From contig OZ024742.1 in NCBI GenBank assembly GCA_964016885.1, positions 8,742,001 through 8,806,000 of the forward strand: 64,000 bases of DNA, read 5' to 3'. Origin of the DNA: Eledone cirrhosa. Taxonomy: Eukaryota. Below, piece after piece: positions 12,869-24,900 of the stretch (the stretch's first letter is position 1; each line of letters begins with the position of its first letter). The notes beneath the pieces were generated by a model. It was not told where the DNA came from, made no database searches, and worked only from the letters and a program-made list of their open reading frames with translations. The translations under genes were made by a program, and so were the position numbers.

Positions 12869-14764
12869 TTACCTCTCCGCATCCCGGGTATCGGGATCTT
12901 CGTCTCCTTGGGACCAGGCGGCACAATTTCCATGGGGGTGTTGGAGGGTATGTTTGATGGGGTGGTGGTTTCTGGCGGGGTGGGGATGGAGGTGTTTGGT
13001 GAGGAGGGTGTGTCTGGTGAGATGGGGATGACTTGGGTTGGGGGTGCCTGTGGTGGGGCGGCCTTTGTAGAGGACGCGGTTGATTGGTTTCACGCAGGAA
13101 TTCCCCACGTCCTCTACAAATGTTTCTTTTAGGGATCTATAAGTTCCTATAGGGACCCTGATCAGTTTTAGGTTCATTTTCTTTTATTTTGTTGGAGCTA
13201 TCCAAAGTTTACCCTTCGGTTTTGACCAGAGGGTTGTTTCTGATGGTCTCCATCAGTGTTCTATTTTCTTCGTTTACGTAAGTGTATGTATACTTTTCCT
13301 GTGTTGTGTTTGTTTTTGTCCGTGGTTCCTGCATGTGTTTTCTCTTTGTTGTGGGTGTTTTGTTTTCGGGAGGGAGAACTTTTGTTTGTGATTTTTGTGC
13401 TGTTTGTGCTGGTGTTAGTGTGTTTGTTTCGTTTTTGTTCATGCTGTTCTTTCTTTTTTTTCCTTTTCACGGGTTGGAAGGGTTCCTCCTCATAGCCGCT
13501 GGGTGCCGTCGATAGGGGTTCCTAATCCGTGTTGATGGGTAGGGGTATGTTTTGGGGTTCTGTAGTGTCTGTGTGTGTTTTTGTATTTGTTTTGGGTATG
13601 CAGGGGTTGGGTGGGATAGTTTTCTCTGTTGTTTTTTCTTGTTGTCGTGGTGGTGGTGGTGGTGGTGGTGGTTTTGTTGTTATTTATGGTGTTGGTAAAA
13701 GTGTTTTTTTTTGTCAATTGAGGACAGGCAGCCCTTAGGTGACCTCTGCTTGCGCAGTGGTAACATGCGGACCGCCTGCCCTCAACCGAAATGTTTATGT
13801 AGGTCTGCACCAGAATTTCGACGCTAGTCCCACTAAATATATCTCTGGAGGATTTTCCTACTAAGATCAAAAGTCTTGTTCAAAGTCAATTAGACCATAA
13901 AGTATCCACCAAATATCTACTTTGGGTCTTATGCATGTAATTTTTATTTTTTGCGTTCTTTTTCCCATGTATGTAGGGAAAAATGTAAAATGGGTGGACA
14001 CAATGGGCGCGATGGAATATTGTTGTGCTGTTATGTTGTTTTTCATTAGCACCGAGATGCTGCCGAAAAGTTTGGCTTTCTGAATGAGTAAAATGTTATC
14101 CATGTGGTTCCTTAAAACCAACTCAGTTTCACTCTGAGATAGTTGAGCTGGTTTTTTTTATGCATTTACGATTGTCCTGAAAATCACCGTGTTCTGGGCA
14201 TTCTCTCTCCTTAGTTCTTGTGGTGAAGTTATGCTAAATGACCCATTGGGTCCAAAAGTCACGTATTGTTTAGCTTCTTCCAACTTTTGTTTCGCGTTGG
14301 TTAAATCCAAAAGTTGAAATTTTTCCGTTTTTTTTTACGGTATCAGCAAAAGAAATGTTGCTGTTATTGTTGGCACTGTTGTTTGTATTTTCTTTGGTAT
14401 TCGTGTTGAAATTTTTTTCCTTTTGATTGGTATTGTTGGATGTGTTTTCAATTTTTCGATTTTCTGTATTTGTTGGTGTCTGTTGTGGGCTGTTATTTTC
14501 ATTTTTTGTTGTGTGGATTTCCATTTCTTTAAGAAAAGAAGTATTTGCTACATATATATCCTTCTGTGTGTGGATACATGTGACATTTGTGACGTCAGGC
14601 GTGTTCAGTTGCTTACAAGCAGCTGAAGCTTGTTCCACTTCTAAATGTTGAGGCGATGATGTTGGCCTTTCTTTGTCCATGTCTGCTACTACCTGCTGGT
14701 CAAGTAGGCATGGCTTTCCCTTCCCATCTTCTTGTTTTGACAAAGATGTAGGTGCTTCGGCCAT
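12869..14764 (-). pseudogene. ORF1 (gag-like, zinc knuckle) of copy C, interrupted
   Basis: Consecutive minus-strand ORF fragments starting MAEAPTS; CX2CX4HX4C knuckle CYHCASRGHLRAAC at 13724-13765; low-complexity N/T/K-rich flanks; stop lies 24 bp upstream of the ORF2 ATG. Confidence 0.8.
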
Positions 14765-14988
14765 TTTTTTAAAATGTAGTGTTTTGCAAAAATATTTTCG
14801 AAGATATTTTGGATGTTTTTGCCCTGAGGAGCACGATATTTTGGAGGACTGACCAGATCAAAATTTGACCTGTCAGTCCCTCAAATTGGTATAAAATTAA
14901 AAGTTCACAATGACGAATTTCTAAGGAAATTTAAACAAAACTTACCGAGCAAGTTTAACACGTGGCCATCCCAGCGATATAGATAGAT

Positions 14989-15924
14989 AACTTTCTTTTT
15001 ATTTGCCATCAGGGTATCAAAAATTGGCGCGAGTACAATGGGGGGAGTTTACATAAAAAGGCGTCCTCAATAAGGAGGAGGCTATAACAAGATATAAAAA
15101 TAATATGAGGCGCCTTGGGGAGTCGCCCCCCCCCCTCCCCGAAAAAGTGTGCAAGCCTTCTCCGCAGGAGCACAGATAGGGGGTGCTCCCTTGATCTTTC
15201 ATCTTCCTCACCTATAGTCTGATGTAGAGTGAAGGCCCATTCACACGGGCCATTCTCGCCACTTTCACCCATCTTTCATAGAAACGGCTGGGGTGCAGCA
15301 CCTCTCTCTCCATCCTGATCCTTCTTCCGAAATGATATCGGAAGAAACGGACCAGTTGTTGGCCAGAGAGAAAGGTGTCTGACCTCAGTCCTTTCGGACG
15401 CGTCCACCATACAACCTCTTTCGCCATGGCTATTACGCACAGAAACACCGCCTATCTTTCGTTTTTGAAGAGGGGAGGCGGCTTGATTGTTACAATAGAC
15501 TCGGTGGTCAACGGGATCGGTCCCACCCTTGATAGCAGTCGTTCGACATAGCCCCACAGATCGGCAATGCCCAAGCAGTGTACCAGTGCGTGTGCAACGG
15601 TTTCCTTGTTGCACACGCATCTGGGACAGATCTTTTTCGAGGGGTCCCTACCCGGGCGCCCGTGTCTGTAGAGCCTTTCTCGAAAGGGCAAAGCCCCTCG
15701 GTAGCATTGACAGGCCAGGGACCTCTAGAAGTTATCCATGGGTCCCGGGCTGAATGTCCTACCGAACAGGTTGGCCAGTTCGTCTTCCTCCATGCCTAGG
15801 GCTTCTCCGAGGGCGTCGTCGCACCCGCTAACCATCAGCCCTTTATAGAATGACGAGGTGGATTCTCCACTGACAGCCGGGTCCGCCTGCCACAGAGCCG
15901 TGAGCGCTCGTGCACACTCAGTGT
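14989..15924 (-). mobile_element. Tx1-group retrotransposon, copy D (about 935 bp 3' fragment)
   Basis: Same ORF2 C-terminus; the 3' tail AATAAAAAAGAAAGTTA matches copy C; only about 13 bp of GATA-like sequence separate it from the 5' end of C. Confidence 0.93.
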
Positions 15925-16319
15925 CTATCTATGTATGTCTGTGTCTATCTATGTATGTATATATGTGTCTATCTATGTATATATGTCTGTGTCCATCTAT
16001 CTATGTATGTCTGCGTCTATCTATCTAAGTATGTCTGCGTCTATCTACGTATGTCTGTGTCTATCTATGTATGTCTGTGTCTATCTATGAATGTCTGTGT
16101 CTATCTATGAATGTCTGCGTCTATATATGTATGTCTGTGTCTATGTATGTCTGTGTCTATCTATGTATGTATGTATCTATCTATGTGTGTCTGCGTCAAT
16201 ATATGTATGTCCGAGTCTATCTATCTATGTTGTCTGTGTCTATATATGTATGTGTGTGTCTATCTATGTATGTCTGTGTCTATCTATGTATGTATATATG
16301 TGTCTATCTATCTATGTAT
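15925..16319. repeat. Degenerate TCTA/TGTA/TGTC minisatellite, left part of the 20-bp array
   Basis: Same words and polarity as the 19-30.7 kb array. Confidence 0.92.
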
Positions 16320-18722
16320 GTCCGAAGTAAAATACGTGCTCTAGGGAACGAGGGGACCAAAGCTGTTAGCTGGGCCCGCGTGACAGAGGCCAACAGTGGA
16401 ACTAAATCCACCATCCGGTCTTTGCGAGACCTGGATGGACGGGCGATTCTTGAGCCTAAGCAGATGTGTGAGGCCTTTCAAAGGCACTTTGCCCGACTGT
16501 TCGGGAGGGGCGGGGAGCCGGTTGGGAACGTGGACTTCGGTCCATACCTCGACGGCCTGCCGCGCCTCTCGGACAGGGAGGCGAAGTCCTGCGAGGAGCC
16601 GATTTCGGCCGCTGAGATAGAGGACGTGCTGAGCCAATGCGGCAAACGCAAATCCCCGGGTCTCGATGGTCTTCCTTACGAATTATATCTAGCTATGCCG
16701 GACTTGTTCCCCGATCTCCTCGAGGCGGTCTACTGCAACTGGCAACAGAACGGGAGAATTCCCTGTACTGTGACCAAGGGCGTAGTCACGCTAGTGAGGA
16801 AGGACGAGAACAAGGGGGACGAAATAAGTAACTTCAGGCCCATAACACTGCTAAATACAGAGTTACAGATTTTGGCCAAGGTGCTAGCAAAGAGGTTGGC
16901 GCTTGTCGTGGGCAACCTGGTGGGAGATGCGCAGACATGCGCTATCCCGTCCAGGTCCATCCATGACAACCTCCACCTCATGCGATACATCATAGAGAGG
17001 GTTGGGAACGAACCCGGCTTTGGTGGGGCTCTGATCAACTTGGATCAATCTAAGGCGTTCGATAGGGTCGACCATGGTTACCTGGATGCGGTGCTAGCGG
17101 CGGCAGGCTTCGGACCCGTTTTCAGGGGCTGGATCACTGCTATGCACAGCAGCCGCATCTGCTCTAGGGTCAAGGTGAACGGCTACCTCTCGGAGCCGTT
17201 CAAAATCGCGCGGTCCATCCGACAAGGGTGCCCTCTCTCCTCCCTTCTGTATGTATTGACTCTCGAGCCACTACTGCGGAAGTTGGAGTTGTTGCAGGGC
17301 ATCCCTTTGGAACCGGGATTGCGGAAAGCGGTGTCGGCCTACGCCGATGACGTGACAGTAATGGTGTCGACGGCCTCCGAAATCGAGGCGGTCGGCACCT
17401 TACTGGAGGAGTACGAAAAGTTCACAGGGGCTAAGCTGAACCGGGACAAGTCGATCGGTTTGCAACTCGGCACGTGGAGGGGCAGACGGATGCCCTCCGA
17501 TAGCGTCGTCGGACGCTGGACGGAGGGCCCGGTGAAGTTGCTCGGGGTCTGGTTCGGACCGGACCTCCAGGTGGAGAAAAACTGGGCGGAGGTTACGAAC
17601 AGAGTGTTTGCACTGACCCAGAAGTGGGCCAGTTGCAAACTATCCCTGAAAGGTCGGGCGGAGGTGGCGAACACCTACATAGCGTCCGTCATCTACTACC
17701 GCCTGACCGTAGTGCCCTGCCCAAGGGAAACCCTCACCAAGATGGAGCGCGCGCTCTTCCAATTCCTTTGGAAGAGGCGGGCTCCTATGGTGAGGAGATC
17801 CATCTGCTGTCAACACCCTTCGAAAGGAGGGCTGGGGATGCCGTGGCTAATGATGCGTAAACACGCATTAAGGCTACGGCACCTCTACGTATTCCTCACC
17901 GGACAACCGGTGTGGGCCTCGTTTGTGAGACGAACCTTTCCCAGACTCGTCTCACTCACCGAGCTGCAATCCTGGGTCAAGCAAAGACCGAGAAAACTGG
18001 GCGCCTGGCACACTGAGTGTGCCCAGGCGCTCACCGCCCTCTGGCAGGCGGATCCGGTTATCAGTGGAGACTCCACCGCAACATTCTATAGAGGGCTGGT
18101 ACGCAGCAGGTGCGACGACGCCCTCGGAGAAGCCCTAGACATGGAGGAGGACGAACTGGCCAGCCTTTTCGGTAGGACATTTAGCCCGGGACCTATGGAC
18201 AACTTCCAGAAGTCCCTGGCCTGGCAGTGCTACCGAGGGGCTTTACCCGTTCGAGAAAGGCTCTACAGACACGGGCGCCCGGGTAGGGACCCCGCCAAAA
18301 AGATCTGTCCCAGATGCGTGTGCGACGAGGAAACCGTTGCACACGCATTAGTACACTGCTCGGGCGTAGCCGATCTGTGGGGCTATGTCGAACAACTGCT
18401 GTCAAGGGTGGGACCGATCCGGTTGACCACCGAGTCTATTGTAATGATCAAGCCGCCTCCCCCCTTCAAAGATGAAGCAGAGGCGGTGTTTCTGTGCGTA
18501 ATAGCCATGGCGAAAGAGGTTGTATGGTGGACGCGTCTGAAAGGACTGAGGTCGGGCACCTTTCTCTCTGGCCAACAACTGGTCCGTTTCTTCCGATATC
18601 ATTTCGGAAGAAGGATCAGGATGGAGAGAGAGGTGCTGCACCCCAGCCGTTTCTATGAAAGATGGGTGAAAGTGGCGAGAATGGCCCGTGTGAATGGGCC
18701 TTCACTCTACATCAGACTATAG
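16320..18722 (+). CDS. Uninterrupted ORF2 remnant of copy E, about 800 aa: reverse transcriptase + C-terminal CCHC, no endonuclease
   Basis: No stop or frameshift. Motifs KSPGLDGLPYE, NFRPITLLNTE, LDQSKAFDRVDH, IRQGCPLS, AYADDV, KLLGV, GGLGMP and CPRC...HALVHC. Expression is not shown. Confidence 0.8.
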   Translation, partial: VRSKIRALGNEGTKAVSWARVTEANSGTKSTIRSLRDLDGRAILEPKQMCEAFQRHFARLFGRGGEPVGNVDFGPYLDGLPRLSDREAKSCEEPISAAEIEDVLSQCGKRKSPGLDGLPYELYLAMPDLFPDLLEAVYCNWQQNGRIPCTVTKGVVTLVRKDENKGDEISNFRPITLLNTELQILAKVLAKRLALVVGNLVGDAQTCAIPSRSIHDNLHLMRYIIERVGNEPGFGGALINLDQSKAFDRVDHGYLDAVLAAAGFGPVFRGWITAMHSSRICSRVKVNGYLSEPFKIARSIRQGCPLSSLLYVLTLEPLLRKLELLQGIPLEPGLRKAVSAYADDVTVMVSTASEIEAVGTLLEEYEKFTGAKLNRDKSIGLQLGTWRGRRMPSDSVVGRWTEGPVKLLGVWFGPDLQVEKNWAEVTNRVFALTQKWASCKLSLKGRAEVANTYIASVIYYRLTVVPCPRETLTKMERALFQFLWKRRAPMVRRSICCQHPSKGGLGMPWLMMRKHALRLRHLYVFLTGQPVWASFVRRTFPRLVSLTELQSWVKQRPRKLGAWHTECAQALTALWQADPVISGDSTATFYRGLVRSRCDDALGEALDMEEDELASLFGRTFSPGPMDNFQKSLAWQCYRGALPVRERLYRHGRPGRDPAKKICPRCVCDEETVAHALVHCSGVADLWGYVEQLLSRVGPIRLTTESIVMIKPPPPFKDEAEAVFLCVIAMAKEVVWWTRLKGLRSGTFLSGQQLVRFFRYHFGRRIRMEREVLHPSRFYERWVKVARMARVNGPSLYIRL

Positions 18723-18986
18723 GTGAGGAAGATGAAAGACCAAGGGAGCACCCCTTCTCTGTGCTCCTGAGGAGAAGGGTTGCACACTTTTTTCGGGGGT
18801 GTGTGCGACCCCCCAAGGCGCCTCCTCTCTATTGAGGATTTTGTTAAAAATTTTATTTTTTGTTATATCTTATTTTATTTTTATATTTTGTTATTGCCTT
18901 CTCCTTATTGAGGACGCCTTTTTGTGTAAACTCCCCCCTTTGTACTTGTCCCACTTTTGATGCCCTAGTGGCAAATAAAAGAAATA
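16320..18986 (+). mobile_element. Tx1-group retrotransposon, copy E (5'-truncated, young)
   Basis: Begins just downstream of the endonuclease region and ends AATAAAAGAAATA followed by TATCTATG. Candidate 14-bp TSD TATCTATGTATGTC at 16309 and 18987 (inside repeat, so not diagnostic). Confidence 0.95.
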
Positions 18987-21900
18987 TATCTATGTATGTC
19001 TGTGTCTAACTATCTATGTATGTCTGCGTCTATCTATCTATGTATGTCTGAGTCTATCTATGTATGTCTGCGTCTATCTATATATGTATGTGTCTATCTA
19101 TGTATGTATGTGTCTATCTATATATGTATGTCTGTGTCTATCTATCTATGTATGTATGAGTCTATCTATGTATGTATGTCAGTGTCTATCTATGTATGTC
19201 TGAGGCCATCTATCTATGTATGTCTGAGTCTATCTATATATGTCTGAGTCTATCTATGCATGTTTGAGTCTATCTATCAATATATGTACGTGTCTATCTA
19301 TGTATGTGTGTCTGAGTCTATCTATCTATGTATGTCTGAGTCTATCTATCTATGTCTGTCTGAATCTATCTATCTATGTATGTATGAGTCTATCTATGTA
19401 TGTATGAGTCTATCTATCTATGTATTTCTGTGTCTATATATGTATGTATGAGTCCATCTATCTATGTATGTCTGAGTCTATCTATGTATGTCTGAGTCTA
19501 TCTATTTTGATATGTATGTGTCTATCTATGTATGTCTGTGTCTATCTATATATGTATATCTGAGTCTATCTATCTATGTATGTCTGTGTCTATCTATGTA
19601 TGCATATCTGAGTCTATATATCTATGTATGTCTGAGTCTATCTATCTATTTATGCCTGTGTCTATCTATGGATGTATGAGTCTATCTATGTATGTCTGAG
19701 TCTATATATCTATGTATGTCTGAGTTTATCTATCTATGTATGTCTGAGTCTATCTATGTATGTCTGAGTCTATCTATCTATGTATGTCTGTGTATATCTA
19801 TGTATTTCTGAGTCTATCTATCTATGTGTGTCTGAGTCTATCGATGTATCTCTGAGTCTATATATCTATGTATGTCTGAGTCTATCTATCTATGTATGTC
19901 TGTGTTTATCTATCTATCTATGTCTGAGTCTATCTATGTATGTATGTGTCTATCTATCTATGTATGTCTGTGTCTATCTCTGTATGTCTGAGTAAATCTA
20001 TGTATGTTTGTGCTATCTATCTATGTATGTCTGATGCTACCTATGTATGTCTGAGTCTATCTGTGTATGTCTTTGTCTATCTATGTATGTATGTGTCTAT
20101 CTCTGTATGTCTGTGTCTATCTATGTATGTATGTGTCTATCTATGTATGTCTGTGTCTATCTATGTATGTATGTGTCTATCTCTGTATGCCTGTATCTAT
20201 CTATGTATGTATATGTCTATCTATGTATGTCTGTGTCTATCTATGTATGTCTGTGTCTATCTCTGTATGTCTGAGTCTATCTTTGTATGTCTGTGTCTAT
20301 CTATGTATGTCTGTATCTATATATGTATGCCTGTGTCTATCTAAGTATGTATGTGTCTATCTTTGTATGTATGTGTCTATCTATGTATGTATGTGTCTAT
20401 CTATGTATGTCTGTGTCTATATATGTACGTCTGTGTCTATCTATGTATGTCTGTGTCTATCTCTGTATGTCTGTGTCTATCTATCTATGTATGTATGTGT
20501 CTATCTATGTATGTATGTGTCTATCTCTGTATGTCTGTGTCTATCTATCTATGTATGTTTGTGTCTATCTATGTATGTCTGTGTCTATCTCTGTATGCCT
20601 GCGTCTATCTCTGTATGTCTGTGTCTATCTATGTATGTATGTGTCTATCTCTGTATGTCTGTGTCTATCTATGTATGTATGTGTCTATCTATGTATGTAT
20701 GTGTCTATCTCTGTATGTCTGTCTCTATTTATCTATGTATGTCTGTGTCTACCTATCTATGTATGTCTGTGTCTATCTATGTATCTCTGCGTCTATCTCT
20801 GTATGTCTGTGTCTATCTCTGTATGTCTGTGTCTATCTCTGTATGTCTGTCTCTATCTATGTATGAATGTCTGTATCTATCTATGTATGTCTGTGTCTAT
20901 CTCTGTATGTCTATGTCTATCTATGTATGAATGTCTGTATCTATCTATGTATGTCTGTGTCTATCTCTGTATGTCAGTGTCTATCATGGTATGTCTGTGT
21001 CTATCTATCTATGTCTGTCTGTGTCTATCTCTGTATGTATGTGTCTATCTATGTATGTATGTCTGTATCTATCTATGTATGTCTGTGTCTATCTCTGTAT
21101 GTCAGTGTCTATCATGGTATGTCTGTGTCTATCTATCTATGTATGTCTGTGTCTATCTCTGTATGTATGTGTCTATCTATGTATGTATGTCTGTATCTAT
21201 CTCTGTATGTCTGTGTCTATCTTTGTATGTCTGTGTCTCTCTCTGTATGTCTGTGCTATCTATATATGTATGTCTGTGTCTGTCTATCTATGTATGTCTG
21301 TGTCTATCTATGTATGTCTGTGTCTATTTCTGTATGTCTGAGTCTATCTTTGTATGTCTTTGTCTATCTATGTATGTCTGTGTATATCTTTGTATGTGTG
21401 TGTCTATCTCTGTATGTCTGTGTCTATCTATGTATGTCTGTGTTTATCTCTGTATGTCTGTGTCTATCTATCTATGTTGTCTGTGTCTATATATGTATGT
21501 CTGTGTCTGTCTATCTCTGCATGTCTGTGTCTATCTATGTATGTATGTCTGTATCTATCTATGTATGTTTGATTCTATCTATGTATGTCTGTGTCTATCT
21601 ATGTATGTCTGTGTCTATCTCTGTATGTCTGTGTCTATCTCTGTATGTCTGTGTCTATCTATGTATGTCTGTGTCTACCTATGTATATCTGTTTATATCT
21701 ATGTATGCCTGTGTCTATATATCTATGTCTGTGTCTATCACTGTATGTATGTGTCTATGTCTGTATGTCTGTGTCTATCTATGTATGTATGTGTCTATCT
21801 ATGTATGTCTGCGTCTATCTCTGTATGTCTGTGTCTATCTATGTATGTCTGTGTCTATCTATGTATGTCTGTGTCTATCTATGTATGTATGTGTCTATCT

Positions 21901-24900
21901 CTGTATGTCTGTGTCTGTCTATCTATGTATGTATGTGTCTATCTATGTATGTCTGTGTCTATCTATGTATGCCTGTGTCTATCTATGTATGTCTGTGTCT
22001 ATCTATGTATGTCTTTGTCTATCTATGTATGTCTGTGTCTATCTATGTATGTATGTGCTATCTATTTATGTATGTTTCTATCTCTGTATGTTTGTGTCTA
22101 TCTCTGTATGTCTGTGTCTCTCTCTGTATGTCTGTGTCTATCTCTGTATGTCTGTGTCTATCTAAGTATGTCTGTGTCTATCTATGTATGTCTGTGTCTA
22201 TCTATGTATATATGTGTCTATCTATGTATGTCTGTGGCTATCTATGTATCTCTGTGTCTATCTATGTATGTCTGTGTCTATCTCTGTATGTCTATGTCTA
22301 TCGATGCATATCTGTGTCTATCTATGTATGTATGTGTCTATCTATGTATGTCTGTATCTATCTCTGTATGTCTGTGTCTATCTATGTATGTCTGTGTCTA
22401 TATATGTACATCTGTGTCTATATATGTATGTATGTGTCTATCTATGTATGTCTGTGTCTATCTATGTATCTCTGTGTCTATCTATGTATGTCTGTCTCTA
22501 TCTCTGTATGTCTATGTCTATCTATGCATGTCTGTGTCTATCTATGTATGTATGTGTCTATCTATGTATGTCTGTGTCTATCTCTGTATGTCTGTGTCTA
22601 TCTACGTATGTCTGTGTCTATATATGTACATCCGTGTCTATATATGTATGTATGTGTCTATCTCTGTATGTCTGTGTCTATCTCTGTATGTCTGTGTCTA
22701 TATTTGTATGTCTGTGTCTATCTCTGTATGTCTGTGTCTATCTATGTATGTCTGTGTCTATCTATGTATGCCTGTGTCTATCTATGTATGTATGGCTGTG
22801 TCTATCTCTGTATGTCTGTGTATATCTCTTTATGTCTGTGTCTATCTATGTATGTATGTGTCTATCGCTGTATGTCTGTGTCTATCTATGTATGTCTGTC
22901 TCTATCTGTGTATGTCTGTGTCTATCTATCTATGTATGTCTGTGTCTATCTATGTATGTATGTGTCTATCTCTGTATGTCTGTGTCTATCTCTGTATGTA
23001 TGTGTCTATCTCTGTATGTCTGTGTCTATCTCTGTATGTCTGTGTCTATATTTGTATGTCTGTCTCTATCTCTGTATGTCTGTGTCTATCTATGTATGTC
23101 TGTGTCTATCTATGTATGTATGTGTCTATCTATGTATGTCTGTGTCTATCTATGTATGTCTGTGTCTATCTATGTATGTATGTCTGTGTCTATCTATCTA
23201 TGTTTGTGTCTATCTCTGTATGTCTGTGTCTATCTTTGTATGTCTGTGTCTATCTATGTATGTATTGTCTATCTATATATGTATGTCTGTGTCTATCTCT
23301 GTATGTCTGTGTCTATATTTGTATGTCTGTGTCTATCTCTGTATGTCTGTGTCTATCTATGTATGTCTGTGTCTATCTATGTATGCCTGTGTCTATCTAT
23401 GTATGTATGGCTGTGTCTATCTCTGTATGTCTGTGTCTATCTCTTTATGTCTGTGTCTATCTATGTATGTATGTGTCTATCGCTGTATGTCTGTGTCTAT
23501 ATATGTATGTATGTGTCTATCTCTGTATGTCTGTGTCTATCTCTGTATGTCTGTGTCTATATTTGTATGTCTGTGTCTATCTCTGTATGTCTGTGTCTAT
23601 CTATGTATGTCTGTGTCTATCTATGTATGCCTGTGTCTATCTATGTATGTATGGCTGTGTCTATCTCTGTATGTCTGTGTCCATCTCTTTATGTCTGTGT
23701 CTATCTATGTATGTATGTGTCTATCTATGTATGTCTGTGTCTATCTATGTATGTCTGTGTCTATCTATGTATGTCTGTGCTATCTATGTATGTATGTGTC
23801 TATCTATGTATCTCTGTGTCTATCTATGTATGTCTGTGTCTATCTATGTATGTATGTCTGTGTCTATCTATCTATGTTTGTGTCTATCTCTGTATGTCTG
23901 TGTCTATCTTTGTATGTCTGTGTCTATCTATGTATGTATTGTCTATCTATATATGTATGTCTGTGTCTATATATGTATGTCTGTGTCTATCTCTGTATCT
24001 CTGTGTCTATCTATGTATGTCTGTGTCTATCTATGTATGTATGTCTGTGTCTATCTATCTATGTTTGTGTCTATCTCTGTATGTCTGTGTCTATCTCTGT
24101 ATGTCCCTGTCTATCTCTGTATGTTTGTGTCTGTCTATCTATGTATGTCTGTGTCTATCTATGTATTTCTGTGTCTATCTATGTATGTCTGTGTCTATCT
24201 ATGTATGTCTGTGTCTGTCTATCTATGTATGCCTGTGTCTATCTATATATGTCTGTGTCTATCTTTGTATGTCTGTGTCTATCTTTGTATGTCTGTGTCT
24301 ATCTCTGTATGTCTGTGTCTATCTCTGTATGTCTGTGTCTATCTATCTATGTATGTGTCTATCTCTGTATGTCTGTGTCTATCTATATATGTCTGTGTCT
24401 ATTTCTGTATGTCTGAGTCTATCTTTGTATGTCTTTGTCTATCTATGTATCTCTGTGTCTATCTATGCATGTCTGTGTCTATCTCTGTATGTCTGTGTCT
24501 ATCTCTGTATGTATGTGTCTGTCTATCTATGTATGTATGTGTCTATCTATGTATATCTGTGTCTATCTATGTATGCCTGTGTCTATCTATGTATGTCTGT
24601 GTCTATCTATGTATGTCTGTGTCTATCTATGTATGTCTGTGTCTATCTATGTATGTATGTGCTATCTATTTATGTATGTTTCTATCTCTGTATGTTTGTG
24701 TCTATCTCTGTATGTCTGTGTCTATCTCTTTATGTCTGTGTCTATCTATGTATGTATGTGTCTATCTATGTATGTCTGTGTCTATCTATGTATGTCTGTG
24801 TCTATCTATGTATGTCTGTGCTATCTATGTATGTATGTGTCTATCTATGTATCTCTGTGTCTATCTATGTATGTCTGTGTCTATCTATGTATGTATGTCT

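Larger units (their letters stand above)
9148..14975 (-). mobile_element. Tx1-group retrotransposon, copy C, apparently full length (about 5.8 kb), frameshifted
   Basis: About 210 bp 5' UTR, ORF1 with a zinc knuckle, ORF2 with APE endonuclease + RT + C-terminal CCHC, 3' UTR ending AATAAAAAGAAAGTTA; GATA repeats at both ends. Confidence 0.93.

Noticed and set aside
9732-13738. Numerous plus-strand ORFs over Tx1 copy C, and minus-strand ORFs over copy E
   Set aside because: Antisense shadows of the retrotransposon coding sequence with no recognisable domains.
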